DNA of 64,000 nt from the IMG/VR virus record IMGVR_UViG_3300010334_000053; one strand, given 5' to 3'. The stretch is from an uncultured virus (IMG/VR IMGVR_UViG_3300010334_000053). Its lineage: Duplodnaviria > Heunggongvirae > Uroviricota > Caudoviricetes. The first letter of the stretch is position 1. Each line of letters opens with the position of its first letter. A program made the position numbers and the translations under genes. The notes beneath the pieces are model-generated. The model had not been told where the DNA came from, ran no database searches, and worked only from the letters and a program-made list of their open reading frames with translations. Positions 38,224-48,457 of the stretch are shown here, piece after piece.

Positions 38224-39045
38224 TTAATCAAAAAGCTGTTCAATTTCTTGTACTAAATCAGGATCACTTGTAGATCCTATTATTTTGCCACGGTGTTTGC
38301 CAATTAACATTTCTCTAGCAGCAATCTCACTCATGCCGCGTGTCTGTAAGTAATAGATTTTTTCTGCGTCTAAGTAATCGGTACTTGTTATGCAATTTAT
38401 TCTGGCAGATTCGGTTACATTATATGATTCAGGAATACTATGACATTTGCCGCCTGGTTCAGTAATTAAATTTGCCAAGTCCATGCTAATTTGTGTGTGT
38501 CTTGAATGTTCCGCGACACTCGACATGCAATGAACAACTGTTTGGCTTTTTGATCCAGCCTCACATGAAATCATTTGATTACTTGCACTATAGCTACCTT
38601 GATGATCTATCTTGGTAATTATTTCACAATCTCCTCCAGATCTACTCATAATGTATCCATAGGAATTAAAGGTAGCCAAATCGTCTAGAGTGACTTCAAA
38701 AATATGCTTATTAAGCTTTCCACCTTTGATAAACATTCCCATATTTAATGTTGCGCCATCCCTCAGAATGATATCATATATAAAGACCTGTTGAAGTTTA
38801 TCAAAAGCATCATTTATAATAGTAAGATCCAATGAAGCACCTTCTCTGACATCAATTTTGATATGTTTTGCCAACAACTCACGTTCATTAGGAGATTGGC
38901 GCAATACCATATATTCTGTCTTGTTCGGTCCAAGTTCTAATAAACTTGCATCTACTATTTTAAATTCTTTATCAAAATACTGATCTGGAGTAAACGCCCA
39001 ATCAGGATCGCCTTTTTTTGCCTTAAGAAAGCTCTGAATACCCAT
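38224..39045 (-). CDS. SufB/SufD-like beta-helix protein (divergent)
   Basis: C-term YYLQTRGMSE..AREML; adjacent to SufC-like gene. Confidence 0.7.
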   Translation of the reverse strand: MGIQSFLKAKKGDPDWAFTPDQYFDKEFKIVDASLLELGPNKTEYMVLRQSPNERELLAKHIKIDVREGASLDLTIINDAFDKLQQVFIYDIILRDGATLNMGMFIKGGKLNKHIFEVTLDDLATFNSYGYIMSRSGGDCEIITKIDHQGSYSASNQMISCEAGSKSQTVVHCMSSVAEHSRHTQISMDLANLITEPGGKCHSIPESYNVTESARINCITSTDYLDAEKIYYLQTRGMSEIAAREMLIGKHRGKIIGSTSDPDLVQEIEQLFD

Positions 39046-39745
39046 TTTCTACGATCCTCTTACATAATTCGCCATCGCCAGACATGGTAATTTTTCCCGA
39101 GGTCATTACATGAATATGCGTGGGGTTTATTAAACTTAAAAATAATTGATTTCTTGTAATGATCAATGCACTGCATTTATTAATTGCGATTGCTTCGTTG
39201 ACTACATTTGCAAATAATTTGACCTCATTTTCTGAAAGGCCGTCATCAATTTCGTCTAAAATGATTAATTTTGGATCTGACATTAACATATGAACTATTT
39301 CATTGTATTTGAAATGAGATAATAACATTGGACCATCGATGTTAATTTTATCACCATGTGATTCCGTTAATCCCATCATCTGGCAACATGCTAAATATCC
39401 AGCTTGCATCTTGTCTATGTCTTGTAAAGATGCCTTGATAAAATTTTCAAATAGTTCCCAGTTGGTAAAATTCTCAAAGTCTGGTGGATTTTGAAAACCG
39501 ATAAAAATCCCACGCTTGCTTCGTTCTTGTGCTGAAAGTTTATTGATTTTTTTTCTGTCAAATTTGATATTGCCACTTTCAATGACCAGACTTGGATGTC
39601 CAGTAATAATGTGTGCCAATGCTGATTTTCCGCTATGAACTGGTCCAGTTACTACATGGATTTCTCCAGAATTTATAGATAAATTTATATCAGTTAATAA
39701 TGGCTGATTTTCTGCAACTACAAATAAGTTGTTAATTTTTAACAT
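39023..39745 (-). CDS. SufC-like ABC ATPase (degenerate)
   Basis: GEIHVVTGPVHSGKS, ITGHP, ERSKRGIFIGFQNP, ILDEID, PTHIHVM. Confidence 0.8.
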   Translation of the reverse strand: MLKINNLFVVAENQPLLTDINLSINSGEIHVVTGPVHSGKSALAHIITGHPSLVIESGNIKFDRKKINKLSAQERSKRGIFIGFQNPPDFENFTNWELFENFIKASLQDIDKMQAGYLACCQMMGLTESHGDKINIDGPMLLSHFKYNEIVHMLMSDPKLIILDEIDDGLSENEVKLFANVVNEAIAINKCSALIITRNQLFLSLINPTHIHVMTSGKITMSGDGELCKRIVENGYSELS

Positions 39746-39748
39746 AAT

Positions 39749-40327
39749 TTATCTTGAAATCCCTAATTCTGGCATCCTTTGCTCAATTGATTCCCAGTTA
39801 ATTATCTTCCAAATATTTTTTAGATATCTTGCCTTATCTGATTGATAATCCAGTGCCCATGCATGTTCCCACCAATCTATCAAAATTACTATATCTGACC
39901 TAATTTCATGATTTTTAATTGTTTTTATTTTTCCAGTCGTGGACAAATATACCCATCCTGAACCCTGGATAGACATCGCTTCTTCCTCAAACGTTTTCTT
40001 TAATTCATCAAAATCAGAAAAATGTTTATTAATGAAATTTGAAATTTTCTCTGTAGGCTTATTTGATCCTGAAGGTGCATGAAATTGACCAAAATATATG
40101 TTATGTAAAAATGCACCCGCCTTGTTAAACTTCAAATCGCCTTCACTTTTGTTATACCGTTCAACATAAGATTTGTAAAGTTTGCCGTAATGATAGTCCA
40201 TGGTGCTTTCTGACATTATTGGATCTAATTCATCTCGGGAATATGATAATTTTAATTGCGTTAAAATTTCACCATCTGATGATTTTGATTCTTGTAAAAT
40301 AAAATCTTTTATGAAGTTTTGAGTCAT
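39749..40327 (-). CDS. Fe/Mn superoxide dismutase
   Basis: MDYHY, FLHNIYF, GSGW, DWWEHAW. Confidence 0.88.
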   Translation of the reverse strand: MTQNFIKDFILQESKSSDGEILTQLKLSYSRDELDPIMSESTMDYHYGKLYKSYVERYNKSEGDLKFNKAGAFLHNIYFGQFHAPSGSNKPTEKISNFINKHFSDFDELKKTFEEEAMSIQGSGWVYLSTTGKIKTIKNHEIRSDIVILIDWWEHAWALDYQSDKARYLKNIWKIINWESIEQRMPELGISR

Positions 40328-40389
40328 GTATATATTTATGGGATTAAATACATGAGCGCAGTATTTTAGCGCATAAAAGGAGATTATTA

Positions 40390-40704
40390 ATGTTTGAATT
40401 TTTAAAAAAATTGTTTGGATTTAATAAATCGGCACCTCTGTCAGAAGCAGTTGCACCGATTATTAAAGATATTGAAGATAAGTTTGCTGATAAAATTGAA
40501 GAGCTAGTTGTGCCTGTTATTGAAGGAAAGATTGCGAACGCTATAGTAAAAGTTGAAGAAGCGGTTCCCGCACTTGAACCTATTGTTGAAAAGATTGCCG
40601 AAACTGTAGAACACGCTGTTCCCGCACTTGAACCTGTTGTTGAAGAGGTAATGAAAAAAGTGCGTAAACCTCGTGCTCCACGTAAGCCAAAAACTCCTAA
40701 GTAA
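40390..40704 (+). CDS. hypothetical protein with internal repeat and basic tail
   Basis: SD AAGGAG; AVPALEP(I/V)VE twice; Lys/Arg-rich C-term. Confidence 0.7.
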   Translation: MFEFLKKLFGFNKSAPLSEAVAPIIKDIEDKFADKIEELVVPVIEGKIANAIVKVEEAVPALEPIVEKIAETVEHAVPALEPVVEEVMKKVRKPRAPRKPKTPK

Positions 40705-41710
40705 CTAGGTTGGCTAGCGCAAAACTAGCCAAGTTCTTACCCTTGCTTTCGCACATGATGTCATGTGTGTCTAGAAAACTCAGTGCCCATTGATTTACGG
40801 AATTATTCCAGAAAAAATCAGAATGGGCCCTGAGTTTACCTTTTTTAAAGCCAGTTTCTAACAGTGCGTTAAGATCGGGTCTAGTGTCCCTGCAGTGGTC
40901 AACGAGCAAGTCTTCTCTGGAAACTGAGTAATGACAAACAGGACGCACACCGCGCCAGCTATCAATAATCCTTTTAACACGATCATCAGTATTTTCAATG
41001 TATTCTCCTGTGGCTACCCAATGATGATGTATGTCTAGGACTAATGCACAATCATTGACTAATTCAAGACTGTGATCTACTCCCCACGACATTTCATCAT
41101 TCTCAATCGTAATCATGTTACGTGCCTCTGCCGAGAGCCTTGGCAAAGCAGCACGAATGCCGTCCGGACCTAAGCGACCAGAAACATGAACATTAATTTT
41201 GAAGTCTTGAAAAGTTTTGCCATATCCCATCCACCTGGCAACATCTGTGTGATATTCAAACTCTTCAATACTGCTATCTACAATTCTAGGATTATCGGAT
41301 GCCAAAACTGTAAACTGCCCTGGATGCATCGATAGACGCACATCATGTTTTCTTGCAATTTCTCCAATTAATGCAAGATTTTTTTCACAATAGTCTATGA
41401 CATCAGGTCTTTTATAGAACCATGACCAGTCAGTGTGTGTATAAACTGGAAAAACATCACTTGTAAGACGAACCATGCGCAAGTTTGGATCTAGCGTGGC
41501 AACCTTACTAACAAGATTCTTGATTGAGTCAATGTTTTGTACCATTATATCCCAAAGTCGTTCTTCGGCAATATCACGGGATTGCCTACTAAGCCATGCG
41601 ACAGTGGTTGTACCACTGTTATACTTTTTGCATTCATCAGTAGATTTAATTCCATTAACCTGCTCTGGAAAATCAATATACTTACAAGCAAATCCGATAC
41701 GTTTAGTCAT
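40697..41710 (-). CDS. uvsE: UV damage endonuclease
   Basis: RIGFACK, RLSMHPGQF, INVH, IENDE, LDIHHH, RAHSD. Confidence 0.9.
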   Translation of the reverse strand: MTKRIGFACKYIDFPEQVNGIKSTDECKKYNSGTTTVAWLSRQSRDIAEERLWDIMVQNIDSIKNLVSKVATLDPNLRMVRLTSDVFPVYTHTDWSWFYKRPDVIDYCEKNLALIGEIARKHDVRLSMHPGQFTVLASDNPRIVDSSIEEFEYHTDVARWMGYGKTFQDFKINVHVSGRLGPDGIRAALPRLSAEARNMITIENDEMSWGVDHSLELVNDCALVLDIHHHWVATGEYIENTDDRVKRIIDSWRGVRPVCHYSVSREDLLVDHCRDTRPDLNALLETGFKKGKLRAHSDFFWNNSVNQWALSFLDTHDIMCESKGKNLASFALANLVT

Positions 41711-41922
41711 AATTTTTTAAGAATCCTAAAGATGGAATAATAGGTATTTTGTGTTTGTTGTAATGCCCAGTTTAACTGTTTTGCAGGCATTTTGTCAACT
41801 ACTAAATTGATATCTTTGTCCAAATCAAAAGGAGAGTACATTCGCATAAAGATATTGCGATTACCATCAGTCAACTTGGGAAGGATGCGTTTAATTTCAG
41901 TCCGCTTCTGCTTCGGGGTCAT
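41707..41922 (-). CDS. hypothetical protein
   Basis: ORF with ATGA overlap. Confidence 0.55.
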   Translation of the reverse strand: MTPKQKRTEIKRILPKLTDGNRNIFMRMYSPFDLDKDINLVVDKMPAKQLNWALQQTQNTYYSIFRILKKL

Positions 41923-41958
41923 CTTTGAGTTACTTGCTTCTGCATAGTAAAGTAATCT

Positions 41959-42135
41959 TTAAGCAGTTTCATCGTCAGCCTTTCTTAGTGTCCAAGAGCC
42001 ATCTTCATTGTCGAGCCATTCAAGAGTATCTCCCTCTTGCCAGCCTACACTTTCGAGTAAGCCGTTAGGAAAGGGAAGAACAATATCTTCTCCATCTTCT
42101 ATTACTGTTACTGTCCATGTTGTAGTATTTGTCAT
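41959..42135 (-). CDS. AbrB/MazE-like small DNA-binding protein
   Basis: Manual 58 aa: ...DIVLPFPNGLLESVGWQEGDTLEW..DGSWTLRK; promoter TTGACA-17-TATACT at 42142-42170. Confidence 0.6.
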   Translation of the reverse strand: MTNTTTWTVTVIEDGEDIVLPFPNGLLESVGWQEGDTLEWLDNEDGSWTLRKADDETA

Positions 42136-42166
42136 GTTGCAAGTATAGCAACATTATTGTAGAGTG

Positions 42167-42376
42167 TCAAGTGAACCTGGCCACGGTGATTATACCATAG
42201 CGATACATTTCGGTTATACATCCGATTCTTTGTGTGACCAAATTTACCAATGAGATCATTTTAGGGCTATTGCCACATATAATTGTAAGTGGAAAACTTC
42301 CCTGGTTTAATAGGATGAAGTTTTCCACTATCATATCTACATCTTGGTGTTTAACGCCATGAAGGTCAAGCTTCAT
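42167..42376 (-). CDS. small Smr-domain-like protein
   Basis: MKLDLHG...IICG. Confidence 0.6.
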   Translation of the reverse strand: MKLDLHGVKHQDVDMIVENFILLNQGSFPLTIICGNSPKMISLVNLVTQRIGCITEMYRYGIITVARFT

Positions 42377-42378
42377 TT

Positions 42379-42690
42379 TTATAGCTTGTTGAAATCATTT
42401 TTAATGTCATTAATAGCCTTGCCAGCTTCTATTAATTGTTCTATTTCCGTCTGACGATATGTCAGCATTAATTTAACAGTGCGCATTACCCAAAACCACC
42501 ATGCACTGGTTAGTAAGATTCCCAAACTCGCAACAATCCATTCGGAATTATAATATGAAATATCATTCCATTTATAGATAATAATTAAAATTATTAATGA
42601 GACAATTCCACTTGATCTGATCCAAAACTGATACTCGCTATTCAGTTTTTTAAGAGTGAGGAGTATGTATTCAGGTGACATTTTTTTCAT
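42379..42690 (-). CDS. membrane protein (2 TM)
   Basis: Two hydrophobic helices. Confidence 0.6.
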   Translation of the reverse strand: MKKMSPEYILLTLKKLNSEYQFWIRSSGIVSLIILIIIYKWNDISYYNSEWIVASLGILLTSAWWFWVMRTVKLMLTYRQTEIEQLIEAGKAINDIKNDFNKL

Positions 42691-42759
42691 ATCGCACCTC
42701 CTACTAGTTTCTCAATAGTAATTATCTTGAGTTTATATATTATTAACTTGATATAGATT

Positions 42760-43362
42760 TTAAGACCTTTTATTGACAACCTGGTCAATCAATCCATAAT
42801 CAAGCGCCTCTTGGGAATTCATAAAGGTGTCACGATCCATATCTCGCTCAAATTCTTCGTATGTTTTTCCCTTTGAATTATGATTAACATAAATTTGAGT
42901 AAGCTCTTGCTTCATTTTAGTGATTTCTTTGTATTGTATCTCAATGTCACTCTGCATGCCACTTGCACCTCCTGATGGTTGGTGAATCATGTGCCGTGCA
43001 TATGGCAACATAAATCTTTTGCCAGGAGCTCCGGCTTGTGCAAGTAGAGATCCCATTGAACATGCTTGGCCCATGACATATGTTGCAACATCTGGTCCAA
43101 TAAATTGCATAGTATCATAAATGCTCATTCCCGCAGTGACAACGCCACCCGGCGAGTTAATATAAAAGTTAATATCTCTGCTACTGTCCTCGCTCTCTAG
43201 GTGAAGTAACTGTGCAACAATTAGGTTTGCGCTATAATCATCTACGGGCCCATTAAGGAATATAATTCTGTTATTGAGAAGCCTGCTATAAATGTCAAAT
43301 GCACGTTCGCCCGTGCTGGTCTTTTCAATAACCATTGGTACTAGACTGTTATTCATATTCAT
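42760..43362 (-). CDS. clpP: ClpP protease
   Basis: DIYSRLL, YINSPGG, ACSMG, MIHQP, DRD. Confidence 0.95.
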   Translation of the reverse strand: MNMNNSLVPMVIEKTSTGERAFDIYSRLLNNRIIFLNGPVDDYSANLIVAQLLHLESEDSSRDINFYINSPGGVVTAGMSIYDTMQFIGPDVATYVMGQACSMGSLLAQAGAPGKRFMLPYARHMIHQPSGGASGMQSDIEIQYKEITKMKQELTQIYVNHNSKGKTYEEFERDMDRDTFMNSQEALDYGLIDQVVNKRS

Positions 43363-43365
43363 TCC

Positions 43366-43740
43366 TTATACTAGATTTGCTAACATTTTATACTGTTCCC
43401 ATGCTTTTTTGACAGCAGGATTCTCATCTTTTACTTCATTGGTAAGAATTAAATCATACCAAATCTCTCTTGACCTGCTTGCATATGCACCAAACTTTCG
43501 AGGCTGATGTATTTGGCCATTGTCATACATTCGCTTAGTTAACTCATGAAATTCCTGTTCACGATCCTCGTATCCTGACCATTCTCGCATGGTAGTATAT
43601 CCGAGCCAGATTCCTGACCATTGCTTGTCATCATGTGGGTTAAAATCAGTTCGTGTAACGATTACCATTACATCTTCTTCATCAACTTTACCATCAATGA
43701 TATCGAGAATGCAACGGCTATATGATGTCCCAATTTTCAT
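43366..43740 (-). CDS. hypothetical protein
   Basis: ORF in operon. Confidence 0.7.
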   Translation of the reverse strand: MKIGTSYSRCILDIIDGKVDEEDVMVIVTRTDFNPHDDKQWSGIWLGYTTMREWSGYEDREQEFHELTKRMYDNGQIHQPRKFGAYASRSREIWYDLILTNEVKDENPAVKKAWEQYKMLANLV

Positions 43741-44981
43741 TTGTATGCCTTTAAAATCATAACTTCGGAGTTGATGCGTCCGTTCATTGTTGTGCCGATT
43801 GTTTTAATACCGTCAAACCAGGTCTGTGTTCGCTTTTGTGTACCAATCGCTTTCAATTCTTTAATTTGAATTTCTGGCTTACGCAATGTCTTTTGAATGC
43901 TCGTCCTCTCATCAAATCCGATAATGGTTGACCCTTTGACCGCCAGTACCTGTGCTCCTTTATCTGCATAGTACACACCGATTTTTCGAGTTTTTGTGTT
44001 AAGTACTACTACAGTAGACGCGCCAATAATCTGAGAAGGAGGAACACTAGCAATACCGTACCGATCATCAGTTGCTTTAAACTTGATATTCTTAGTTTGA
44101 TCTTCTGGACTTTTTACCTTGATCTTACGAGGCAAACGTGTGATTTTAGCCTCGCCTGCAATTTGATCACATGCGTTAGTAATTTGTGTCAGAAAGTCGT
44201 GAAACTTCTTGATATTCTTTTTGCCATAAACCGTATAACCTTCCATCAAATCTTTGGGACAATCTGGACTTACAAGTTGAGTATATTCTTCTAGGTCCTT
44301 GATGTAAAGACTTTTAATCAACCGCGCATGGCCTGCTTTGGTTTGTTTACCACGTAATGTTGCCGCAATCTTGTAAGATGCAGGATCAAATGTCTCGGGA
44401 TCAATAATGTATGAATCAATTGCTTCTTCGATAAACTCGGACATTTCATGCGCGACTTCTCTCATACGTTCTTGAATTGAAGGAATATAAATATTCTTCT
44501 TTTTCTTTTCAGTACTGGATTCTTTGATTACCATGCTATTGCCTCGTTCGATTGAATGAGCAATGTGCAATTTAATAAATTCTGAATGAGGCTTTACAAT
44601 GCCAGAAGTGCCAGGCAAAGATTCCCAATATGCAGCATATGCAGCATTGTAGTCAGGCATTCCGTCTCGAAGAAGCTTGCAAGTAATTCCTACAGACATG
44701 CTAATACCATACGCCTTAGCATATTTGATATCGTTCGTAGTATATTCTTGAGTCCTCATCCATTCCCATACATCCGGTTCAAGATCGGCAGGTTGATAGT
44801 TTTCATAATAAAAATCACGCGCCTTCTGTTGATTTTTCATGTAATCACTAGGAGGCCATGTTTCCCAACCATCAAAGCTAGGTCCAATCTTTTTACCATT
44901 GCGGCGAGCAACTGGTAATTTTGCAGTTTTCTTTTTGCGTACAGTAAGGCCTTTTGGTGCTGCTTTGGCTCTGAGTGCCAT
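43737..44981 (-). CDS. hypothetical phage protein
   Basis: 414-aa ORF with SD; perfect promoter upstream. Confidence 0.75.
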   Translation of the reverse strand: MALRAKAAPKGLTVRKKKTAKLPVARRNGKKIGPSFDGWETWPPSDYMKNQQKARDFYYENYQPADLEPDVWEWMRTQEYTTNDIKYAKAYGISMSVGITCKLLRDGMPDYNAAYAAYWESLPGTSGIVKPHSEFIKLHIAHSIERGNSMVIKESSTEKKKKNIYIPSIQERMREVAHEMSEFIEEAIDSYIIDPETFDPASYKIAATLRGKQTKAGHARLIKSLYIKDLEEYTQLVSPDCPKDLMEGYTVYGKKNIKKFHDFLTQITNACDQIAGEAKITRLPRKIKVKSPEDQTKNIKFKATDDRYGIASVPPSQIIGASTVVVLNTKTRKIGVYYADKGAQVLAVKGSTIIGFDERTSIQKTLRKPEIQIKELKAIGTQKRTQTWFDGIKTIGTTMNGRINSEVMILKAYK

Positions 44982-45010
44982 GATTTGTCCTTTAAATTAA
45001 ATGATTTTCT

Positions 45011-45039
45011 ATTATATTACAATCAATCTGTGATGTCAA
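45011..45039 (-). promoter_or_regulatory. sigma70-like promoter
   Basis: TTGACA-17-TATAAT. Confidence 0.7.
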
Positions 45040-45511
45040 TAGTTGGAATTGTCCAACCTAGTTGCTTAAAGTCTTCTTTGATTTCGCCTGTTACTGTACC
45101 TTCGTCGCCTGTAAAGTACCAATCGATATAGTCACCTTCTTGGCGCATGTGCGCAATAATGCCACCTGCATATCTCCAACTACATGACCATTTTCTTTCT
45201 TTAAGAATAGACCATAGATCTAATTTTATAAAATCATTGTTGCACAATGCGGCATACAAATCTTTTGCATAACTATCAGAATTGCGAACTTTTTCTAAAA
45301 TCCACTGAGTAGAACGGAGATCATATTCTAAACTGTATTCTCTCCATTCCGATGTGCTTTCTTTAATAATTTGCCTAGTATGAATGTCTTTATACATTTG
45401 AATAATAGAATCGTCTACTGGTAAATCCCGTTCTTGTTGATTTTTAATGTAACAATCTAATTGAAATGTATCTCTGTCCGGACTAGTACTGATATCCAGG
45501 TTCTTCGTCAT
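45023..45511 (-). CDS. hypothetical phage protein
   Basis: LYAALCNN, WSCSWR.AGG; start reassigned to MTKNL. Confidence 0.65.
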   Translation of the reverse strand: MTKNLDISTSPDRDTFQLDCYIKNQQERDLPVDDSIIQMYKDIHTRQIIKESTSEWREYSLEYDLRSTQWILEKVRNSDSYAKDLYAALCNNDFIKLDLWSILKERKWSCSWRYAGGIIAHMRQEGDYIDWYFTGDEGTVTGEIKEDFKQLGWTIPTIDITD

Positions 45512-46163
45512 AATCTTCTGGACCTTCGTAAATTTCAGTTTCATTATCTTTGAGAACTTTGATAAACGTGAATATAACATCTTCGCCCTCGACATAAAAC
45601 CCACCGTCGTCTTCAAGCTCGTCTCCGTTATAAGAAATTCCGGAAAATAGATACCATCCTTCGATCTCACTATACATAATAGAAAGTTTTGATGGATCAA
45701 ACGGCACTTTAAGGTCTATCTCTTTTTCAAAGAATGTGCCCTTCATGTCACTTTGACCGTAAAATACCGTTGTTTCTGGAGAAAGGTCCTCAACCATGCA
45801 CTCATTGACACAGTCAACATTGCATCCAGCTTCTTCAAGGACATCTGGAGACATCGCGCTTGACCAAATAGTTTCACCTTCAGAATTTCTAACTTCTATA
45901 AATGATTTTTCATCCATTTCTGCACCGTGCTCGTGTGCAATGTCATTGCATTCAAGCCAATTGTGTGGAGCATACGGTTGAAACTCAGTAGGAACGCTTA
46001 CTGCGTGAATATCATATGAATACTCAAAAATATCAATTGAGTTGTTCTTGAAGTATTCATATGTCCCAGGTGAAATAGTTCCTATAACTACCTCGCCTCC
46101 GTTTCCATGTATAGTAATAGTATGAATTTTAGAAGATTCTATTTGTGCTTCATGAGTTGTCAT
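45483..46163 (-). CDS. acidic hypothetical protein
   Basis: 226-aa strongly acidic ORF. Confidence 0.65.
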   Translation of the reverse strand: MTTHEAQIESSKIHTITIHGNGGEVVIGTISPGTYEYFKNNSIDIFEYSYDIHAVSVPTEFQPYAPHNWLECNDIAHEHGAEMDEKSFIEVRNSEGETIWSSAMSPDVLEEAGCNVDCVNECMVEDLSPETTVFYGQSDMKGTFFEKEIDLKVPFDPSKLSIMYSEIEGWYLFSGISYNGDELEDDGGFYVEGEDVIFTFIKVLKDNETEIYEGPEDYDEEPGYQY

Positions 46164-46167
46164 TTCT

Positions 46168-46527
46168 TTACCTTTCGTTACGGTGCAAAATTAATGTCTT
46201 TAATTCTTCAAATGGAACAATTTTCCAATCAGTGTTGGATGCAATCCCTCCCCTATCTGTTACCAGAAATACATGATCTGGAAATCTAGACTTTATTACG
46301 GAAATAACTTCATCGTCATTTTTACCCTGTGCTAAAAACAATGACTTATCAATATCAAACCAATAATCAATTCCATCAATTTTTTCTATGCTCACTGAAT
46401 GAACAATGTTATTAAGATAATCAATTAATTGAGTTTTTCTAGTACTATTGGCCGTGTGATACAAGTGTATGATATAAAATACTGTGAAAACTATAATCGC
46501 GCAAGTTATAAATGCCATCAAGTCCAT
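46168..46527 (-). CDS. hypothetical protein, N-terminal TM
   Basis: Hydrophobic N-term. Confidence 0.6.
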   Translation of the reverse strand: MDLMAFITCAIIVFTVFYIIHLYHTANSTRKTQLIDYLNNIVHSVSIEKIDGIDYWFDIDKSLFLAQGKNDDEVISVIKSRFPDHVFLVTDRGGIASNTDWKIVPFEELKTLILHRNER

Positions 46528-47333
46528 AATCCGTTCCTAACTTTAATAAGTCGGATAAGCATTTCTTCATCTTCTGCTTCATATTTTGCTTCGAGGTCGT
46601 GTAGTGTATTTAAAAGCCTGCGAGATTCTTCCTTATTCTCCAGCGGATCGGTTTCAAGAACATCTATACCGCGCTTGCGCTTTTCATCACAGTATGCACT
46701 CCATCCACTTACGTCAAATGGATCAGGACGATTAGGATATACCTCAGTCCACCAAAGGTAAAGCGCCTTGATCTCTTTTGCTTGAATTGCCTGTCGAGTA
46801 GGTGTGCCGTAGATGGGATCGTCCTTGCTGATCCATTCATCGCTGTGCGTTAGGCTTGCAGCCCAATCAAGGTGTGCAAGTCCTGCGTCACGACTGCGCC
46901 AGGTACGCCAGCCCTGACGACGGAGCCATGAAGTCTTGTACTTCTTACGTGCCTCCTCGTCCCAAACGACGTTCATCCACGCCGTTTCGATTTCAACAAA
47001 GTCAACCAACTCATTAAATAGGCAAGGAAGGAATCTATCCCCCACATCACGCCAACTACCAGGACAAATATCCCGGCGATGAGCAGTAAGAGCATGGCTC
47101 CTAGTAATAAACCGATTGTTAATATAATATCGAACACTGCGAATTTTATCCGGGACATACATGTAAACATCTTGTAAATAATCTAACCCCTCTTCTGCAA
47201 TCCACCATCGAATAGGATGTGCTGCCTTGGCCTTGATCTTCCATTCTTTCCAATCGTCGCCTGTGCCCCATTTAGGCTTGGCGGTGCCACGCAGCCAGTC
47301 AGCAAATTTTGAACACGTCCAATAATTTCTCAT
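46518..47333 (-). CDS. Trp-rich hypothetical phage protein
   Basis: 271-aa ORF. Confidence 0.7.
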   Translation of the reverse strand: MRNYWTCSKFADWLRGTAKPKWGTGDDWKEWKIKAKAAHPIRWWIAEEGLDYLQDVYMYVPDKIRSVRYYINNRFITRSHALTAHRRDICPGSWRDVGDRFLPCLFNELVDFVEIETAWMNVVWDEEARKKYKTSWLRRQGWRTWRSRDAGLAHLDWAASLTHSDEWISKDDPIYGTPTRQAIQAKEIKALYLWWTEVYPNRPDPFDVSGWSAYCDEKRKRGIDVLETDPLENKEESRRLLNTLHDLEAKYEAEDEEMLIRLIKVRNGLWT

Positions 47334-47659
47334 CGTTTAAACTCCTTGACATCGGTGATTGCTCGTTTAAGTGCCTCTGCGTAATTCAGTGCCTGCTGCT
47401 CACGCATAATAAGTGCAACATTATATTTAATGGTACCTTTTGTTAAAAGTTGCCAAATCAACTTCCAACGAGAAATTTTCCACGTCGGAGTTTCAGCAGT
47501 TGTCCAAATTTCTACAGTAATTCCAAAATCTTCGTCAGCTGATACATCTACAGTATGTGCATGGTTAGGATCAGTACATTCACATTCAACGTGGTAGGTT
47601 TTAGCATTACCCCAATCTTGTTGGAGTAAAATACCTTCTGCCGGTAATTGCGAGTTCAT
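47330..47659 (-). CDS. hypothetical protein
   Basis: CEC..H motif; start reassigned to MNSQ after AAGGA. Confidence 0.6.
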   Translation of the reverse strand: MNSQLPAEGILLQQDWGNAKTYHVECECTDPNHAHTVDVSADEDFGITVEIWTTAETPTWKISRWKLIWQLLTKGTIKYNVALIMREQQALNYAEALKRAITDVKEFKR

Positions 47660-47669
47660 CGTGGATTCC

Positions 47670-47879
47670 TTAATTGATTGTTTTAGGAGACTTGTTAAAA
47701 ATTTCTCTAATCTCTTCTGCCTCGTCATCTTCAATGATTTCGACATTATCATCATTCAATTTGCTCAAAAAGCCATCACTACTGAGCAATTCTGTGATCT
47801 TGGCAACAAATACATCCAGTTCCGACTGAGTACCTTCAAAATCATCAAATGATCCTGGCTCAAATATAATTTTAGTCAT
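47670..47879 (-). CDS. small acidic protein
   Basis: ORF in operon. Confidence 0.6.
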   Translation of the reverse strand: MTKIIFEPGSFDDFEGTQSELDVFVAKITELLSSDGFLSKLNDDNVEIIEDDEAEEIREIFNKSPKTIN

Positions 47880-47881
47880 TA

Positions 47882-48421
47882 TTAAAAACTCCCACTACGC
47901 ATTAAGTATAACATATGATTATATATCCTAAAAGTATTTTCTGCATCCGTTTGTGCATCGTGTGCTTCACCTTGGAATTTTAGACCAAATCGTTTCATGG
48001 TAGTACTAAGTCCGCCACTGAGTACTCGATCCTCGCGAACGATCATTCTGGTCACTGCAACAGTTTTTGCATCAATCCACCTACGCCCAAAACACCAATC
48101 AGCGCGAACAGTAGGATCAAGCTGATCAAATAACTCTTGACTATCAGCACCGCCCCATGTCACTGGATTAATAAAGTCCGCATTTTTGTGAAAATCTTTT
48201 AATTGAATGTATGCTTCTTCTAAACTTAGACCATTATCAACTTGCTCTTGTGAGATTTTACACAAATTTATAATATCTGGATTAAGGAGCTCGTTGGGAT
48301 TTACATAAATTCGAAGTCGCCCAGAAATAACTCCAGAACTGGTGTCGCCAATAACGGCACCAATTTGAATTATCTTGCCACTTGGCTGATTCATTTCAAG
48401 GTCTAGACAGGTTAGTTTCAT
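47882..48421 (-). CDS. DEDDh 3'-5' exonuclease
   Basis: LDLE, IIQIGAV, HDAQTDA. Confidence 0.85.
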   Translation of the reverse strand: MKLTCLDLEMNQPSGKIIQIGAVIGDTSSGVISGRLRIYVNPNELLNPDIINLCKISQEQVDNGLSLEEAYIQLKDFHKNADFINPVTWGGADSQELFDQLDPTVRADWCFGRRWIDAKTVAVTRMIVREDRVLSGGLSTTMKRFGLKFQGEAHDAQTDAENTFRIYNHMLYLMRSGSF

Positions 48422-48457
48422 CTAGGTATTTTAACAACTAATGTATTGTAAGTCAAG

